Positions 1-9,449 are shown, counted from the first letter of the stretch. The stretch is DNA of 16,146 bases from Phycisphaeraceae bacterium (GCA_040905565.1 JBBDRF010000079.1:1-16146); one strand, 5' to 3'. Made by a program: numbers and translations. Notes: generated by a model not told the origin, from the letters alone.

Positions 1-51
<51 letters not shown>

Positions 52-81
52 CGAAACTCGCGACCCGCGCTCAGTCAATGC

Positions 82-459
82 TTACTTCTTGACGCCCTTC
101 TTACCGGCGACCGTCTTCTTCTTACCCTTGCGGGTGCGGGCGTTGGTCTGCGTACGCTGACCGCGAACGGGCAGGCCTCGCCGATGACGCTCACCACGGT
201 AGGCGCGAATGTCGCGCAGCCGGGCGATATTCTGCTGAACCTGACGACGCAGTCCGCCTTCGATGACGTACTCGCTGTCCATCAGGGTGTTAAGCTTGGC
301 GATATCTTCTTCGCTGAGCTTGTTGGTGCGCATCTGTCCATCGATGCCGAGCTCTTTGATGATCTTCTCGGCAAAGTGCGGCCCGACGCCATAGATGTAC
401 CGCAGCGCGATGCGGATGGGCTTATTATCGGGGATGTCAACGCCGGCGATACGTGGCAT
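82..459 (-). CDS. rpsM: 30S ribosomal protein S13
   Basis: MPRIAGVDIP...YGVG...YRGERHRRGLPVRGQRTQTNARTRKG; follows rpmJ; GGAG upstream of ATG. Confidence 0.99.
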   Translation of the reverse strand: MPRIAGVDIPDNKPIRIALRYIYGVGPHFAEKIIKELGIDGQMRTNKLSEEDIAKLNTLMDSEYVIEGGLRRQVQQNIARLRDIRAYRGERHRRGLPVRGQRTQTNARTRKGKKKTVAGKKGVKK

Positions 460-512
460 TCTGCTAGCTCCTGTAATGATCTTCAGCGGGCAATGTCTGC
501 CATGCCGCTGTT

Positions 513-626
513 TCAGCCTTGACGCTGTTTATGTTTTGGGTTCGTGCAGATCACGCGGACCACGCCCTTACGGCGAATGATCTTGCAGTGCTCACAAATT
601 CTTTTGACACTCGAGCGAACTTTCAT
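513..626 (-). CDS. rpmJ: 50S ribosomal protein L36 (Zn-ribbon, C+ form), 37 aa, not in the ORF track
   Basis: Manual translation: [37 protein letters not shown]; CxxC...C...H ligands intact; GAGGTG upstream; lies between infA and rpsM. Confidence 0.98.
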   Translation of the reverse strand: MKVRSSVKRICEHCKIIRRKGVVRVICTNPKHKQRQG

Positions 627-681
627 CAGGTCACCTCAACTTCGCGACGCCCCGCCGCCCAACGGCGTCGCATCTTCTATT

Positions 682-897
682 CTAGTGCCGGTACGTGATC
701 CGACCCTTCGTCAGGTCGTACGGGCTGATTTCCACGGTCACCCGGTCGCCCGGGACGATACGAATATAGTGCATCCGCATTTTACCAGCCAGGTGCGCCA
801 GCACGACGTGGCCGTTTTCAAGCTTTACCTTGAACATGGCGTTCGGCAGGGCGTCAACCACCTCCGCTTCGGCCTGAATCTTGTCCTCTTTGGGCAT
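682..897 (-). CDS. infA: Translation initiation factor IF-1
   Basis: [70 protein letters not shown]. Confidence 0.99.
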   Translation of the reverse strand: MPKEDKIQAEAEVVDALPNAMFKVKLENGHVVLAHLAGKMRMHYIRIVPGDRVTVEISPYDLTKGRITYRH

Positions 898-923
898 AAC
901 TTGCTTCTGTCTCTGCTGGGCCT

Positions 924-1727
924 TTACTGGCCGTCGGTGAGCACTTCGCAGCCGTCTTCAGTAACGGCAATCGTGTGCTCGTAATGGGCCGCCGGCCGAC
1001 CATCGGCCGTCACTACCGTCCAGCCATCTTTCAACACCCGCACCTGCTCGGTGCCAAGGGTGCACATCGGCTCAACCGCCAGGACCATGCCCGGCTTAAG
1101 CTCGATATCGTGACGCAAAAGGTCACGGCTGACGAAGTTGGGCACCTTCGGTTCTTCGTGCATCGACTGTCCGATGCCGTGCCCAACGAAGTCCTTGATC
1201 ACGCTGAATCCTGCTCGCTCAGCGTAGTTCTGCATCTGCCTGGCCACCCGGCTCCAGGTGCGACCCGGACGGATATTCTCAATGGCGATCTGCAGCACAT
1301 GCTCCGTGACCTCGCAAAGCCGGCGTTGCTCGGGCGACACCTGCCCCACGAGGATCGTCGTCGCCGAATCGCCGCACCAGCCGTCGATCCGCACGCCGCA
1401 GTCCACGCTCACAAGGTCACCTTCGCCGATGACCCGATCCCCCGGGATGCCGTGCACCACTTCGTCATTGACGCTGATGCATGTCACGGCGGGGAACCCT
1501 TCTCCCTCGCGGTAGGTCGGATACCATTTGAACAGGCCGACCGCTCCGGGCGTTCCTTCGATTAATTTTTCCGCCTCGGCGTTCAGTTCCGCCGTGGTGA
1601 CGCCCGGTCGGCATGCCGCCCGGCAACGTCGCAAGGCCTCATGCACGATGCGGCCCGCGGCACGCATCTTCGCAATCTCGGCTCTGGATTTCAGACTGAT
1701 CGCCATACCTTGGGTCGATCCGCTCAT
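924..1727 (-). CDS. map: Methionine aminopeptidase type I (alternative start at 1706)
   Basis: [32 protein letters not shown]...HEEP, AVEPM and [10 protein letters not shown] metal-binding motifs; position after secY. Confidence 0.97.
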   Translation of the reverse strand: MSGSTQGMAISLKSRAEIAKMRAAGRIVHEALRRCRAACRPGVTTAELNAEAEKLIEGTPGAVGLFKWYPTYREGEGFPAVTCISVNDEVVHGIPGDRVIGEGDLVSVDCGVRIDGWCGDSATTILVGQVSPEQRRLCEVTEHVLQIAIENIRPGRTWSRVARQMQNYAERAGFSVIKDFVGHGIGQSMHEEPKVPNFVSRDLLRHDIELKPGMVLAVEPMCTLGTEQVRVLKDGWTVVTADGRPAAHYEHTIAVTEDGCEVLTDGQ

Positions 1728-1772
1728 CGCTCTGCTGGCGTCGACGGACCGGCCGTCCGGCGCGAAGCCAAT

Positions 1773-1800
1773 ATCTTAACAGGAAAAAGTTCCAAGTCCA
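1773..1800 (-). promoter_or_regulatory. Putative internal sigma70 promoter for map-infA-rpmJ-rpsM
   Basis: Minus strand TGGACT-N16-TAAGAT with an extended -10 (TG-T-TAAGAT), in an AT-rich patch of the secY-map spacer. Confidence 0.5.
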
Positions 1801-1815
1801 TCCCGCCCGTTATTC

Positions 1816-3207
1816 CTAACGCCGCGGCCCCCGAATCTTTGGCCCTTTGCTGCTGTCGGTGCCACCAAGGAAGCCCTGGTAGTTACGCATCAGCATCGTC
1901 GCTTCGATCCGCTGCACGAAGTCCAGCGCCACACTCACCGTGATCAAAAGACCCGTACCGCCGAGGAACGCCGCCACGTTGAACGGCACGTTCACGCTCG
2001 CGCTGATGATCGTGGGGACCACCGCGACGATCGAAAGGAAGCCCGCACCGACATACGTGATGCGCTCCATCACGTTATTCAGATAATCCGACGTCCTCGG
2101 CCCGGGCCTGAGGCCCGGGATGAAGCTGCCGTGATCACGCAGCTGCTCGGCCATCTCACGCGGCTGGAACTGGACGCTCGTCCAGAAGTACGCGAAGAAG
2201 TAGATCAAGCCGATGTAGACCAGCACGTACAGGTAGTGGTACCCGGTCATCGACAGTTCGCCGGCCAGATGATTGAAGAAGCTGGTGAAGCCTTCCCATT
2301 CCATCCGCTGCCCGACGTTGGCGATCCAGGGCAGCACGATCGCGGGGAACATCATCAGCGAGCTGGCGAAGATGATCGGCATCACGCCGCCGTGGTTCAC
2401 ACGGAGTGGCAGATAGTGCCGCTGCCCACCGTAGACGCGCCGCCCTCGGGTGTGCTTGGCCTGCTGAACGGGAATCCGCCGCTGGCCCTGCGTGATCAGA
2501 ACCGTACCGGCGACCACAAGGACGAATGCAGCCAGCAGGAACGCCACGTGAAGAATGTTCAGCTGATCGGCGACGATTTGGATATTGAAGTTGCTGTACA
2601 CCCAGCCGATGGCGCCCGGCATCTCCGCGATGATCCCCGCGGTGATGATCAGCGACGCACCGTTGCCGATGCCGTACTTGTCGATCTGCTCGCCCAGCCA
2701 GACCAGGAACATCGTGCCGGTGGTCATGCCGACGACACTGGAGATCCAGAAGGTGGGCGTATTGACGAAGTCCGCCTGCACGAAGTTCTGCGCGTGAAAG
2801 AATCGCACGTAGAACATCGATTGCACCAGGCACAGGCCCAGTGTCAGGTAGCGGGTATATTCCTGAATCTTCTGCCGCCCGTTGGGCTCGCGCTGAAGCT
2901 GCTTCAGCGAGTCCACCACGGTCGCCATCAACTGCATGATGATCGCTGCGGAGATGTAAGGCAGGATGCCGAGTCCGAACAGCGTGCTCTGTTGCAGCGC
3001 ACCACCGGTAAAGATACCGATGTACGCAGCAAGGTCGCCCATCGGCGTGCCTTCCTGCTGCTCGAAGAACGCACTCATCGCGCCCTGGTCCACACCGGGG
3101 AGCGGGATCCAGTACCCGATCCGGTAGATCACCAGCATCCCGAGCGTGAACGCAAGCTTGTTGCGCAGCTCGGGAATTTTGAACATGTTCGACAACGCCT
3201 GAAGCAT
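1816..3207 (-). CDS. secY: Preprotein translocase subunit SecY
   Basis: FKIPELRNKLAFTLGML, LGILPYISAAIIMQL, WLGEQIDKYGIGNGASLII, LPLRVNHGGVMPIIFA, FIPGLRPG, GGTGLLITVSV; multiple hydrophobic segments. Confidence 0.99.
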   Translation of the reverse strand: MLQALSNMFKIPELRNKLAFTLGMLVIYRIGYWIPLPGVDQGAMSAFFEQQEGTPMGDLAAYIGIFTGGALQQSTLFGLGILPYISAAIIMQLMATVVDSLKQLQREPNGRQKIQEYTRYLTLGLCLVQSMFYVRFFHAQNFVQADFVNTPTFWISSVVGMTTGTMFLVWLGEQIDKYGIGNGASLIITAGIIAEMPGAIGWVYSNFNIQIVADQLNILHVAFLLAAFVLVVAGTVLITQGQRRIPVQQAKHTRGRRVYGGQRHYLPLRVNHGGVMPIIFASSLMMFPAIVLPWIANVGQRMEWEGFTSFFNHLAGELSMTGYHYLYVLVYIGLIYFFAYFWTSVQFQPREMAEQLRDHGSFIPGLRPGPRTSDYLNNVMERITYVGAGFLSIVAVVPTIISASVNVPFNVAAFLGGTGLLITVSVALDFVQRIEATMLMRNYQGFLGGTDSSKGPKIRGPRR

Positions 3208-3227
3208 GGGCGGCCTACTCTATGAAT

Positions 3228-3680
3228 TTAAGCGACGGTGCAGGTTCCCCCGGCTTTCTCGATCTTCTCCCGCGCTGAGCTGGAGAAACGAGTCGCCGTC
3301 ACCGTCAACTTCTTGCCGATCTCACCCTCACCGAGAATCTTCACCGGTACCTTGGCGTCGCGGACAAGTCCGACGTTCACCAGCGTCTCAGTGTTCACCT
3401 CAGCACCATCGTCAAAACGCTCTTCCAGAGCCTTCACGTTGACGATCGCGTATTCGGTACGGAACGCCGCATTGTTGAAACCCCGCTTGGGGATTCGACG
3501 GAAGTACGGCATCTGCCCGCCTTCGTAGCTCGGCGGCATCGAACCACCGTAGCCCGAACGCGAACCGGCACCCTTGTGCCCACGGCCCGAAGTTTTACCA
3601 CGACCCGAACCGGGTCCGCGGCCGACGCGCTTGCGTCGTTTGTTTCTACCTACCAGCTTTGTGATCTCATGAATCATCAT
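3228..3680 (-). CDS. rplO: 50S ribosomal protein L15 (start trimmed to MMIHEIT)
   Basis: RKRVGRGPGSGRGKTSGRGHKG, YEGGQMP..RRIPKRGF, VKILGEG, FSSSAREKIEKAGG. Confidence 0.98.
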   Translation of the reverse strand: MMIHEITKLVGRNKRRKRVGRGPGSGRGKTSGRGHKGAGSRSGYGGSMPPSYEGGQMPYFRRIPKRGFNNAAFRTEYAIVNVKALEERFDDGAEVNTETLVNVGLVRDAKVPVKILGEGEIGKKLTVTATRFSSSAREKIEKAGGTCTVA

Positions 3681-3739
3681 GGCCGATTCACCCATTCAAC
3701 TGGCTCCGCGTGAGCGAAGCCGAGGTCTGTTCTGTTTAC

Positions 3740-4477
3740 TTACTGCTGCTTCTCGTCCGAACCGCCCTGCTCAGCCTCGCCCTCGGGGGGAGTCGGCGGC
3801 GCGGGGGCTTCTGCTTCCGGCTTGGCTTCAGGCTGCTCGGCTGCGGGAGCGGCGGCCTCGGGCTTCTCAGCCTTCGCCTTGCCCTTCCCCTTGCCGTCCT
3901 TCTTGCCCTCGGGCTTGGCAGCGACTGGCGCGACGACCGGGGCCGGCGCGAAACGCTGACCACGCTCGAGCTTGTCTTCCACCGCCGTCTTGCCGAGCTC
4001 GACACCACGCAATTCGGCAATCGCCTCCTTGCTTCGCAGTCCCTGAAGCCCCGCCAAGGCTGCCTTGGCCAGGTTCTTCTGGTTCGTCGAGCCCATCGCC
4101 TTGGTCAGGCAGTCACGCACGCCGGCCATCTCGAGGACGGCGCGGACGGTGCCACCGGCGATAACACCGGTACCCGGGCTCGCGGGAATGAGCTTGACTT
4201 CCGAAGCGAGGAAGTTCCCGGTCACCTGATGAGGTACCGTGCCCTCCAGAAGTGTGACCTTCTGCATGTACTTCTTCGCCGCTTTCTGGGCCTTCTCGAT
4301 CGCTGCGGGAACGCTCGGCGCCTTGCCGTAGCCAAGCCCGACGCGGCCGCGCCGATCGCCGACCACTACCAGCGCACCGAAGCTGAAGCGGCGACCACCT
4401 TTGACGGTGGCGGCTGTTCGGTAGATGCCGATCGTGGTCGACTCCAGGCCCTGTGATTCTTCGATGATCTCTGCCAT
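3740..4477 (-). CDS. rpsE: 30S ribosomal protein S5 with a long low-complexity C-terminal extension
   Basis: RTAATVKGGRRFSFGALVVVGD, GLGYGKA, PASPGTGVIAGG, GSTNQKN; Ala/Pro/Lys/Glu-rich tail. Confidence 0.98.
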   Translation of the reverse strand: MAEIIEESQGLESTTIGIYRTAATVKGGRRFSFGALVVVGDRRGRVGLGYGKAPSVPAAIEKAQKAAKKYMQKVTLLEGTVPHQVTGNFLASEVKLIPASPGTGVIAGGTVRAVLEMAGVRDCLTKAMGSTNQKNLAKAALAGLQGLRSKEAIAELRGVELGKTAVEDKLERGQRFAPAPVVAPVAAKPEGKKDGKGKGKAKAEKPEAAAPAAEQPEAKPEAEAPAPPTPPEGEAEQGGSDEKQQ

Positions 4478-4526
4478 GGTCTAATTTCGTATCCGGAGGT
4501 TTGTGTCCTGGCTCTCGTCGCTGCGA

Positions 4527-4877
4527 TTAGAACTTCAGCCCCGCCTCGCGCATCGCGTCGGCCAGTGCCTTCACGCGGCCGTGGTAGCGGAACCCGTTGC
4601 GGTCGAAGGCGAGTGTTTCCACGCCCGCTTCCCGTGCCTTATCCGCCAGCTGCTTGCCGACCTGCACGGCCGCGTCGACGGTCGAGCCCTTCTCCAGCGC
4701 CTGGCTGGACATCGACGCGAGGGTCTTGCCCTCGATGTCGTTGATGATCTGGGCGTAGACGTGCTGGTTTGACCGGAACACGGTGAGCCTGGGACGCTCA
4801 GCGGTTCCGAAGATGCGCTTGCGGATGCCCCGCTTACGCCGCAGCCTTCGTTTGGTTTTGAGGACGTTCTGTTCCAT
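4527..4877 (-). CDS. rplR: 50S ribosomal protein L18 (ATG at 4877 preferred; GTG at 4886 possible)
   Basis: [50 protein letters not shown]. Confidence 0.98.
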   Translation of the reverse strand: MEQNVLKTKRRLRRKRGIRKRIFGTAERPRLTVFRSNQHVYAQIINDIEGKTLASMSSQALEKGSTVDAAVQVGKQLADKAREAGVETLAFDRNGFRYHGRVKALADAMREAGLKF

Positions 4878-4939
4878 CGCTTGCACTCTCGTGAGGGACG
4901 CTTACACGCCCTGTCGCTTTCGAAGCTGATTGAGTCCGA

Positions 4940-5488
4940 TCAGGACCCGCCGGCGAAGGCTTTGCCTTCCTTGCGGACGATGATCTCGTCGGAGTATTTG
5001 ATGCCCTTGCCGTTGTAGGGTTCGGGCGGCCGATGCCAGCGAATCGTCGCTGCGACTTGCCCGACCGCCTGCCGGTCGGCACCGGTCACGATCATTTTGT
5101 TGCCCTGGACCTCGACCGTCACGTCGTCAGGGATCGTCACTTCGCGGACGTCAGCATAGCCGACGCTCAGGAAGAGGGTCTTACCCTGCAGCCGTGCCGT
5201 CCAGCCGACGCCGCTGATCTCCAGTTCCTTCTTGAAACCTTCGGTGACGCCCTGAACCATGTTCGCCACCAACGCCCGCGTGAGGCCATGATAGGCCTTC
5301 GCGGGCTTGGAGTTATCCTGCCGCTGCACGGTGACGCGGCTCTCGTCGGCTTCCCACTGCACGGTGACCTCGGGCCGATGCTCGATCTCGAGCGTGCCCT
5401 TGGGCCCCTGCACGGTGACCTTACGATCCTGGATCGTAACGGTCACGCCGTTGGGGACTGCGACGGGTTTTGTTCCAATGCGACTCAT
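4940..5488 (-). CDS. rplF: 50S ribosomal protein L6
   Basis: MSRIGTKPV, VQGPKGTL, HGLTRALVANMVQGVTEGF, RPPEPYNGKGIKY. Confidence 0.99.
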   Translation of the reverse strand: MSRIGTKPVAVPNGVTVTIQDRKVTVQGPKGTLEIEHRPEVTVQWEADESRVTVQRQDNSKPAKAYHGLTRALVANMVQGVTEGFKKELEISGVGWTARLQGKTLFLSVGYADVREVTIPDDVTVEVQGNKMIVTGADRQAVGQVAATIRWHRPPEPYNGKGIKYSDEIIVRKEGKAFAGGS

Positions 5489-5569
5489 AATAGTGTCTCT
5501 TATTCCTACGCCCCTGGGGGGCCACCTTTTGGGGCGGGTATGCCGCGACGGTGTGCCGGCTGCGGGGTG

Positions 5570-5968
5570 TTACTCCACCGTGCAGAGCAGTTCGCCGCCG
5601 ATTCGCTCGTCGCGCGCCCTGCGGTCGGACACGATGCCGCGCGACGTCGACACGATCGCGATGCCCAGACCGTCGAGCACACGCGGGATGTCTTCCACCC
5701 CTCGGTAAACACGAAGGCTCGGCTTGGACACCCGGTTGATGTGATGAATCACATGCTCGCCACGGGGGCCGTATTTCAGCTCGACGCGAATCAGGCCTTG
5801 CTTGCCGTCATCGATCTCATCGAACCCTTTGATGTAGCCTTCCGCCTGGAGCACCTGGGCAATGCCCACGCACACCTTCGACTTACGCACGGTCACGTGC
5901 TGAGCCTTGTTCCGGACCGAGTTACGGATCCGCGTAAGCATGTCGGCGATCGGGTCGCTAAGTGCCAT
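5570..5968 (-). CDS. rpsH: 30S ribosomal protein S8
   Basis: DPIADMLTRIRN, EGYI, RVSKPSLRVY, GLGIAIVSTSRG, GGELLC. Confidence 0.99.
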   Translation of the reverse strand: MALSDPIADMLTRIRNSVRNKAQHVTVRKSKVCVGIAQVLQAEGYIKGFDEIDDGKQGLIRVELKYGPRGEHVIHHINRVSKPSLRVYRGVEDIPRVLDGLGIAIVSTSRGIVSDRRARDERIGGELLCTVE

Positions 5969-6022
5969 CTTGATTCAGTCTCCAATGCCTGTCCGCGGCG
6001 GTCTGCCTGCAGGACGGTGTTC

Positions 6023-6292
6023 TTACCAACTGGCTTTCTTCATCCCCGGAATCTTGCCCTGAAGGGCGAGGTCACGGAGCTTAATGCGTGAGATCTTCAG
6101 CTTGCGGTACACGCCCCGCGTCCGGCCGGTCAACGCACAATGGTTACGCATCCGGGTCGGGCTCGCATCTCGCGGCAACCGTGCCAGGCCGACGTAATCG
6201 CCCGCCTTCTTCAGCTCCGCCCGACGCTCACGGTACTTCGCGACCGTCTTCTCAACGCGTTTCAACCGCTCGGTTGTTGATTTGCTTGCCAT
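6023..6292 (-). CDS. rpsN: 30S ribosomal protein S14, 89-aa Zn-independent (C-) form
   Basis: [35 protein letters not shown]...[11 protein letters not shown]; only one Cys; between rplE and rpsH. Confidence 0.97.
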   Translation of the reverse strand: MASKSTTERLKRVEKTVAKYRERRAELKKAGDYVGLARLPRDASPTRMRNHCALTGRTRGVYRKLKISRIKLRDLALQGKIPGMKKASW

Positions 6293-6338
6293 CTAAATCG
6301 ATCTCCAGTTGGATCGCTATTGCCTGTTTCTCTGCCGT

Positions 6339-6902
6339 TTAGTCATCGTCGCGTTTGAAGGGGACGCCCATCTCACGCAGCACGAATCGGCTCTTCTCCG
6401 CGTCCGAATTCCGGAACACGATATTGAAGTTCATCCCGTGACTGTACTTCGCTTCGGCCATGTTGATCTCAGGGAAGATGCCCTGCTCAGTCACGCCGAA
6501 GCTGTAGTTGCCTGCCTTGTCGAAGCTGGTGTCGCTGAGGCCTCGGAAGTCCTTCACGCGGGGGACAGCCATGCTGAACACCCGGTCGAACAGTTCCCAC
6601 ATGCGCGGGCCGCGAACGGTCACCATCGCATGCGTCTCGTAGCCTTCACGAACCTTAAAGTTCGACACGCTCTTGCGAGCCGACACCGCCATGGCCTTCT
6701 GACCGGTGATCCGGCCCAGGTCGTCAAGCACCTGCTCACGCACGTGCGCCTTCACCTTCGTGCCGTCCAGCTCCTTGCCCATCCCGACGTTGACGACGAT
6801 CTTCTCGATCCGCGGCAGCGCCAGTTTGTTCTTGATGCCGAACTGCTCCGCCACCTTGGGGGTGACTTCCTGATTGAACTTTTCTTTCATGCGTGGTGCC
6901 AT
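6339..6902 (-). CDS. rplE: 50S ribosomal protein L5 (start trimmed to MAPRMKEKF)
   Basis: PRIEKIVVNVG, ITGQK, ARKSVSNFKVREG, PRVKDFRGLS..SFDKAGNYSFG..EQGIFPEI. Confidence 0.98.
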   Translation of the reverse strand: MAPRMKEKFNQEVTPKVAEQFGIKNKLALPRIEKIVVNVGMGKELDGTKVKAHVREQVLDDLGRITGQKAMAVSARKSVSNFKVREGYETHAMVTVRGPRMWELFDRVFSMAVPRVKDFRGLSDTSFDKAGNYSFGVTEQGIFPEINMAEAKYSHGMNFNIVFRNSDAEKSRFVLREMGVPFKRDDD

Positions 6903-6963
6903 AATCGCGGCTCCCGCTCTCTTCGTCGCCGACAGTTGTGACCCTGTCGTGGGGTGAGTCTGA

Positions 6964-7302
6964 TTAGTTTCTGGCCTTGCGGAGCGTGCTGAGCATGTCG
7001 CCGCCCGCCGCCGCAAGTCGCACCTTCGAACCGTCCGGCTTCACTTCGAAACGAACACGCGTGGCTTTGCCCGACGACGGGCTCACCGGCTGAACGTTCG
7101 AGATGTGAATCGGCATCTCTTTGTCGATCCGCCCGCCCTGCGGGTTCTGCTGCGTCGGGCGAACGTGCTTCTTGCGAACGTTCATGCCTTCCACGTAGAC
7201 CTGTTCTTTCTTAGGGTCCACGCGCAGCACATGCCCGGTCTTGCCACGGTCGTTACCCGTGTTCACCATTACCAGGTCGCCTTGTCGTACGTGTCGGGCC
7301 AT
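6964..7302 (-). CDS. rplX: 50S ribosomal protein L24
   Basis: GDLVMVNTGNDRGKTG (KOW), VEGMNVRKKH, EMPIHISNV. Confidence 0.98.
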   Translation of the reverse strand: MARHVRQGDLVMVNTGNDRGKTGHVLRVDPKKEQVYVEGMNVRKKHVRPTQQNPQGGRIDKEMPIHISNVQPVSPSSGKATRVRFEVKPDGSKVRLAAAGGDMLSTLRKARN

Positions 7303-7315
7303 GGTCTTAGCTTCC

Positions 7316-7702
7316 TCAGATCACTTCGCTGGCGAGCGAGACGATCTTCATATAGTTACGGTCACGCAGCTCGCGGGCGACGGCGCCGAAAATTCGGGTG
7401 CCACGCGGGTTGCCATCCTTGTCGATGATCACGACGGCGTTGCGGTCAAACCGGACGTAAGAACCGTCCTCGCGACGGGTGGGGTAGTTCGTCCGAACCA
7501 CCACCGCCGACACCACCTCGTGCTCTTTGACTTCACCGTTGGGCAGCGCTTTCTTGATCGTCACGATCACGCGGTCGCCGACGCCCGCCGTCTTGCGGGT
7601 GTACGACCCACGCGAGGTCGAGCCTCGCAGCACGCGAATGACCATCGCGATCTTAGCGCCGCTGTTGTCAGCGACATCCACTCTTGATTCAGACTGAATC
7701 AT
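7316..7702 (-). CDS. rplN: 50S ribosomal protein L14
   Basis: [61 protein letters not shown] overlap with rpsQ. Confidence 0.99.
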   Translation of the reverse strand: MIQSESRVDVADNSGAKIAMVIRVLRGSTSRGSYTRKTAGVGDRVIVTIKKALPNGEVKEHEVVSAVVVRTNYPTRREDGSYVRFDRNAVVIIDKDGNPRGTRIFGAVARELRDRNYMKIVSLASEVI

Positions 7703-8028
7703 TACCCTTCACCTCCCGCGGCGGCGGCGGCGCCTGCCTCGGCTTTCGTCTCACGTGGCGCTTCCTCGACGATGCGGACCAAGCGCCAGCTCTTGGTCTT
7801 GCTCAGCGGGCGGCAAGGGGCGATCTCCACAATGTCGCCGATGCGCGACGCGTTCTGTTCGTCGTGAACGTGGAACACGCTCCGCTGCCTGACGTACTTG
7901 CCGTACTTCGGCAGCTTCTGGAGAAATTGAATCTCCACCGTCCGCGTCTTATCACGCTTGTCTGAGACCACATGCCCGGTGCGGGCGCTGGTCAGCTCGT
8001 TTCGGGTTGACTGGGCGTCGTTGCTCAT
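7702..8028 (-). CDS. rpsQ: 30S ribosomal protein S17
   Basis: [48 protein letters not shown] overlap with rpmC. Confidence 0.98.
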   Translation of the reverse strand: MSNDAQSTRNELTSARTGHVVSDKRDKTRTVEIQFLQKLPKYGKYVRQRSVFHVHDEQNASRIGDIVEIAPCRPLSKTKSWRLVRIVEEAPRETKAEAGAAAAAGGEG

Positions 8029-8237
8029 GCGTTAACCTCTGCCTGCTTCGCCAGACGACGAGCCTGCTGCTCAGTCAAAATCCGGGCGATGTCCCGACGC
8101 GTCTTCGTCAACTGCGTCGGATCTTCAAGTTTCTCGGTGACCGTCTGGCTTTTGAGGTCGTAACGATGCCGGCGGAGCCTGGTCAGCTCCTCCACCATCT
8201 CCTCATCACTCATCTTGTGAACTTCGTCTGCCTTCAT
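8025..8237 (-). CDS. rpmC: 50S ribosomal protein L29
   Basis: MKADEVHKMSDEEM...LEDPTQLTKTRRDIARILT; position between rplP and rpsQ. Confidence 0.96.
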   Translation of the reverse strand: MKADEVHKMSDEEMVEELTRLRRHRYDLKSQTVTEKLEDPTQLTKTRRDIARILTEQQARRLAKQAEVNA

Positions 8238-8276
8238 GGCTTGATTCCTCGGGGCGTGGCCCCGCCTGTGTGCTGT

Positions 8277-8696
8277 TTAGAAGCCGTGCCGACGGTAAAC
8301 CATCCGGCATTTAAAGGGCATCTTGTGAGCCATGCGGGCGAGCGCCTGCTTGGCGAGATTCTCTGGAACACCGGCGATTTCGTAGAGGATCGTGCCGGGC
8401 TTCACCACGGCTGCCCAATACTCCACGTCCGCCTTACCTTTACCCATTCGTGTTTCCAACGGCTTCTTGCTGATGGGCTTGTTGGGGAACACGCGGATGA
8501 AGATCTTACCTTCACGGCGAAGGAAGTGAGTCGCTGCGATACGACCCGCCTCGATCTGCTTGGCCGTCATCCACGCCGGCTCCAGCGCCTGAATGCCGAA
8601 TTCACCGAATGCGACATAGTTACCACGCTGTGCGTTGCCGCGGATCTTGCCGCGATGTTCCTTGCGGAACTTAACTCGTTTGGGCATCATCGCCAT
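8277..8696 (-). CDS. rplP: 50S ribosomal protein L16
   Basis: MMPKRVKFRKEHRG, FGEFGIQALE, QIEAGRIA, KKPLETRMGKGK, HKMP. Confidence 0.99.
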   Translation of the reverse strand: MAMMPKRVKFRKEHRGKIRGNAQRGNYVAFGEFGIQALEPAWMTAKQIEAGRIAATHFLRREGKIFIRVFPNKPISKKPLETRMGKGKADVEYWAAVVKPGTILYEIAGVPENLAKQALARMAHKMPFKCRMVYRRHGF

Positions 8697-8742
8697 GACT
8701 GTGACCTTCCTTCGCAGACCCGCGGCCCGCGCTGCTTATCTA

Positions 8743-9447
8743 TTAGTGACGACCGCGGGCTCGCGGACGAGCACCAGCTGCTCGAGAGTACGCCTCATTG
8801 GCGTCCGCTTCCTGGTACATGCCCTTGTAGACCCACACCTTGACGCCGATGACGCCGTAGGTTGTGAAGCTCTGGGCAAAACCGTAATCCACCTGGGCCT
8901 GGAGCGTCTGAAGCGGGATCGACCCGAGCCTCAGCGTTTCCTTGCGCCCCATCTCCGCCCCACCGAGCCGGCCGGAGATCTGAATCTTGACCCCCTTGGC
9001 ACCGGCGTTCATCGTCGCTTCGCCACGCATCTTGAGAATTCGGCGGAAGCCCGCACGCTTCTTAAGCTGCTCCGCGATGCCCTCGGCGATCAACTGGGCT
9101 TCGACGTCGGCGTTCTTGACTTCGACGATGTCGATCGAGACCTTACGGCCGGTCAGCGACATCAGATCGTTCGTGAGCCGCTCGACCTCGGCACCCTTGG
9201 GGCCGATGACCAGGCCTGGCCGGCCGGTCCGAAGAATCACTTTGAGCTCCTCGCGGGTGCGCTCAATGTGAATGTCCGACACGGCGGCGAACGGAGGACG
9301 ACGGTTGAGAATCTTGTCGCAGTAGACACGGATTCGCTCGTCTTCGACCAGCAGTTCGCCGTAGAGAAGCTTCGGGGCGTACCAGCGCGAACGGTGCGCT
9401 TCGGTGATGCCGACTCGGAAGCCGAATGGATGCGTTTTCTGTCCCAT
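8743..9447 (-). CDS. rpsC: 30S ribosomal protein S3 (start trimmed to MGQKTHP)
   Basis: MGQKTHPFGFRVGI, RPGLVIGPKG (KH domain), GVKIQISGRLGGAEM, PLQTL, TTYGVIGVKVW. Confidence 0.99.
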   Translation of the reverse strand: MGQKTHPFGFRVGITEAHRSRWYAPKLLYGELLVEDERIRVYCDKILNRRPPFAAVSDIHIERTREELKVILRTGRPGLVIGPKGAEVERLTNDLMSLTGRKVSIDIVEVKNADVEAQLIAEGIAEQLKKRAGFRRILKMRGEATMNAGAKGVKIQISGRLGGAEMGRKETLRLGSIPLQTLQAQVDYGFAQSFTTYGVIGVKVWVYKGMYQEADANEAYSRAAGARPRARGRH

Positions 9448-9449
9448 GA

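Noticed and set aside
3681..3739. Possible rpmD remnant between rpsE and rplO
   Set aside because: The gap is too short for L30, and I see no L30-like residues in the spacer or in the S5 tail.
6903..7016. N-terminal extensions given by the ORF track for L5, and likewise for S3, L23, L3, L15, S10 and the barrel protein
   Set aside because: These come from longest-ORF calling. The conserved N-termini begin at downstream ATGs, and several extensions overlap upstream genes or promoters.
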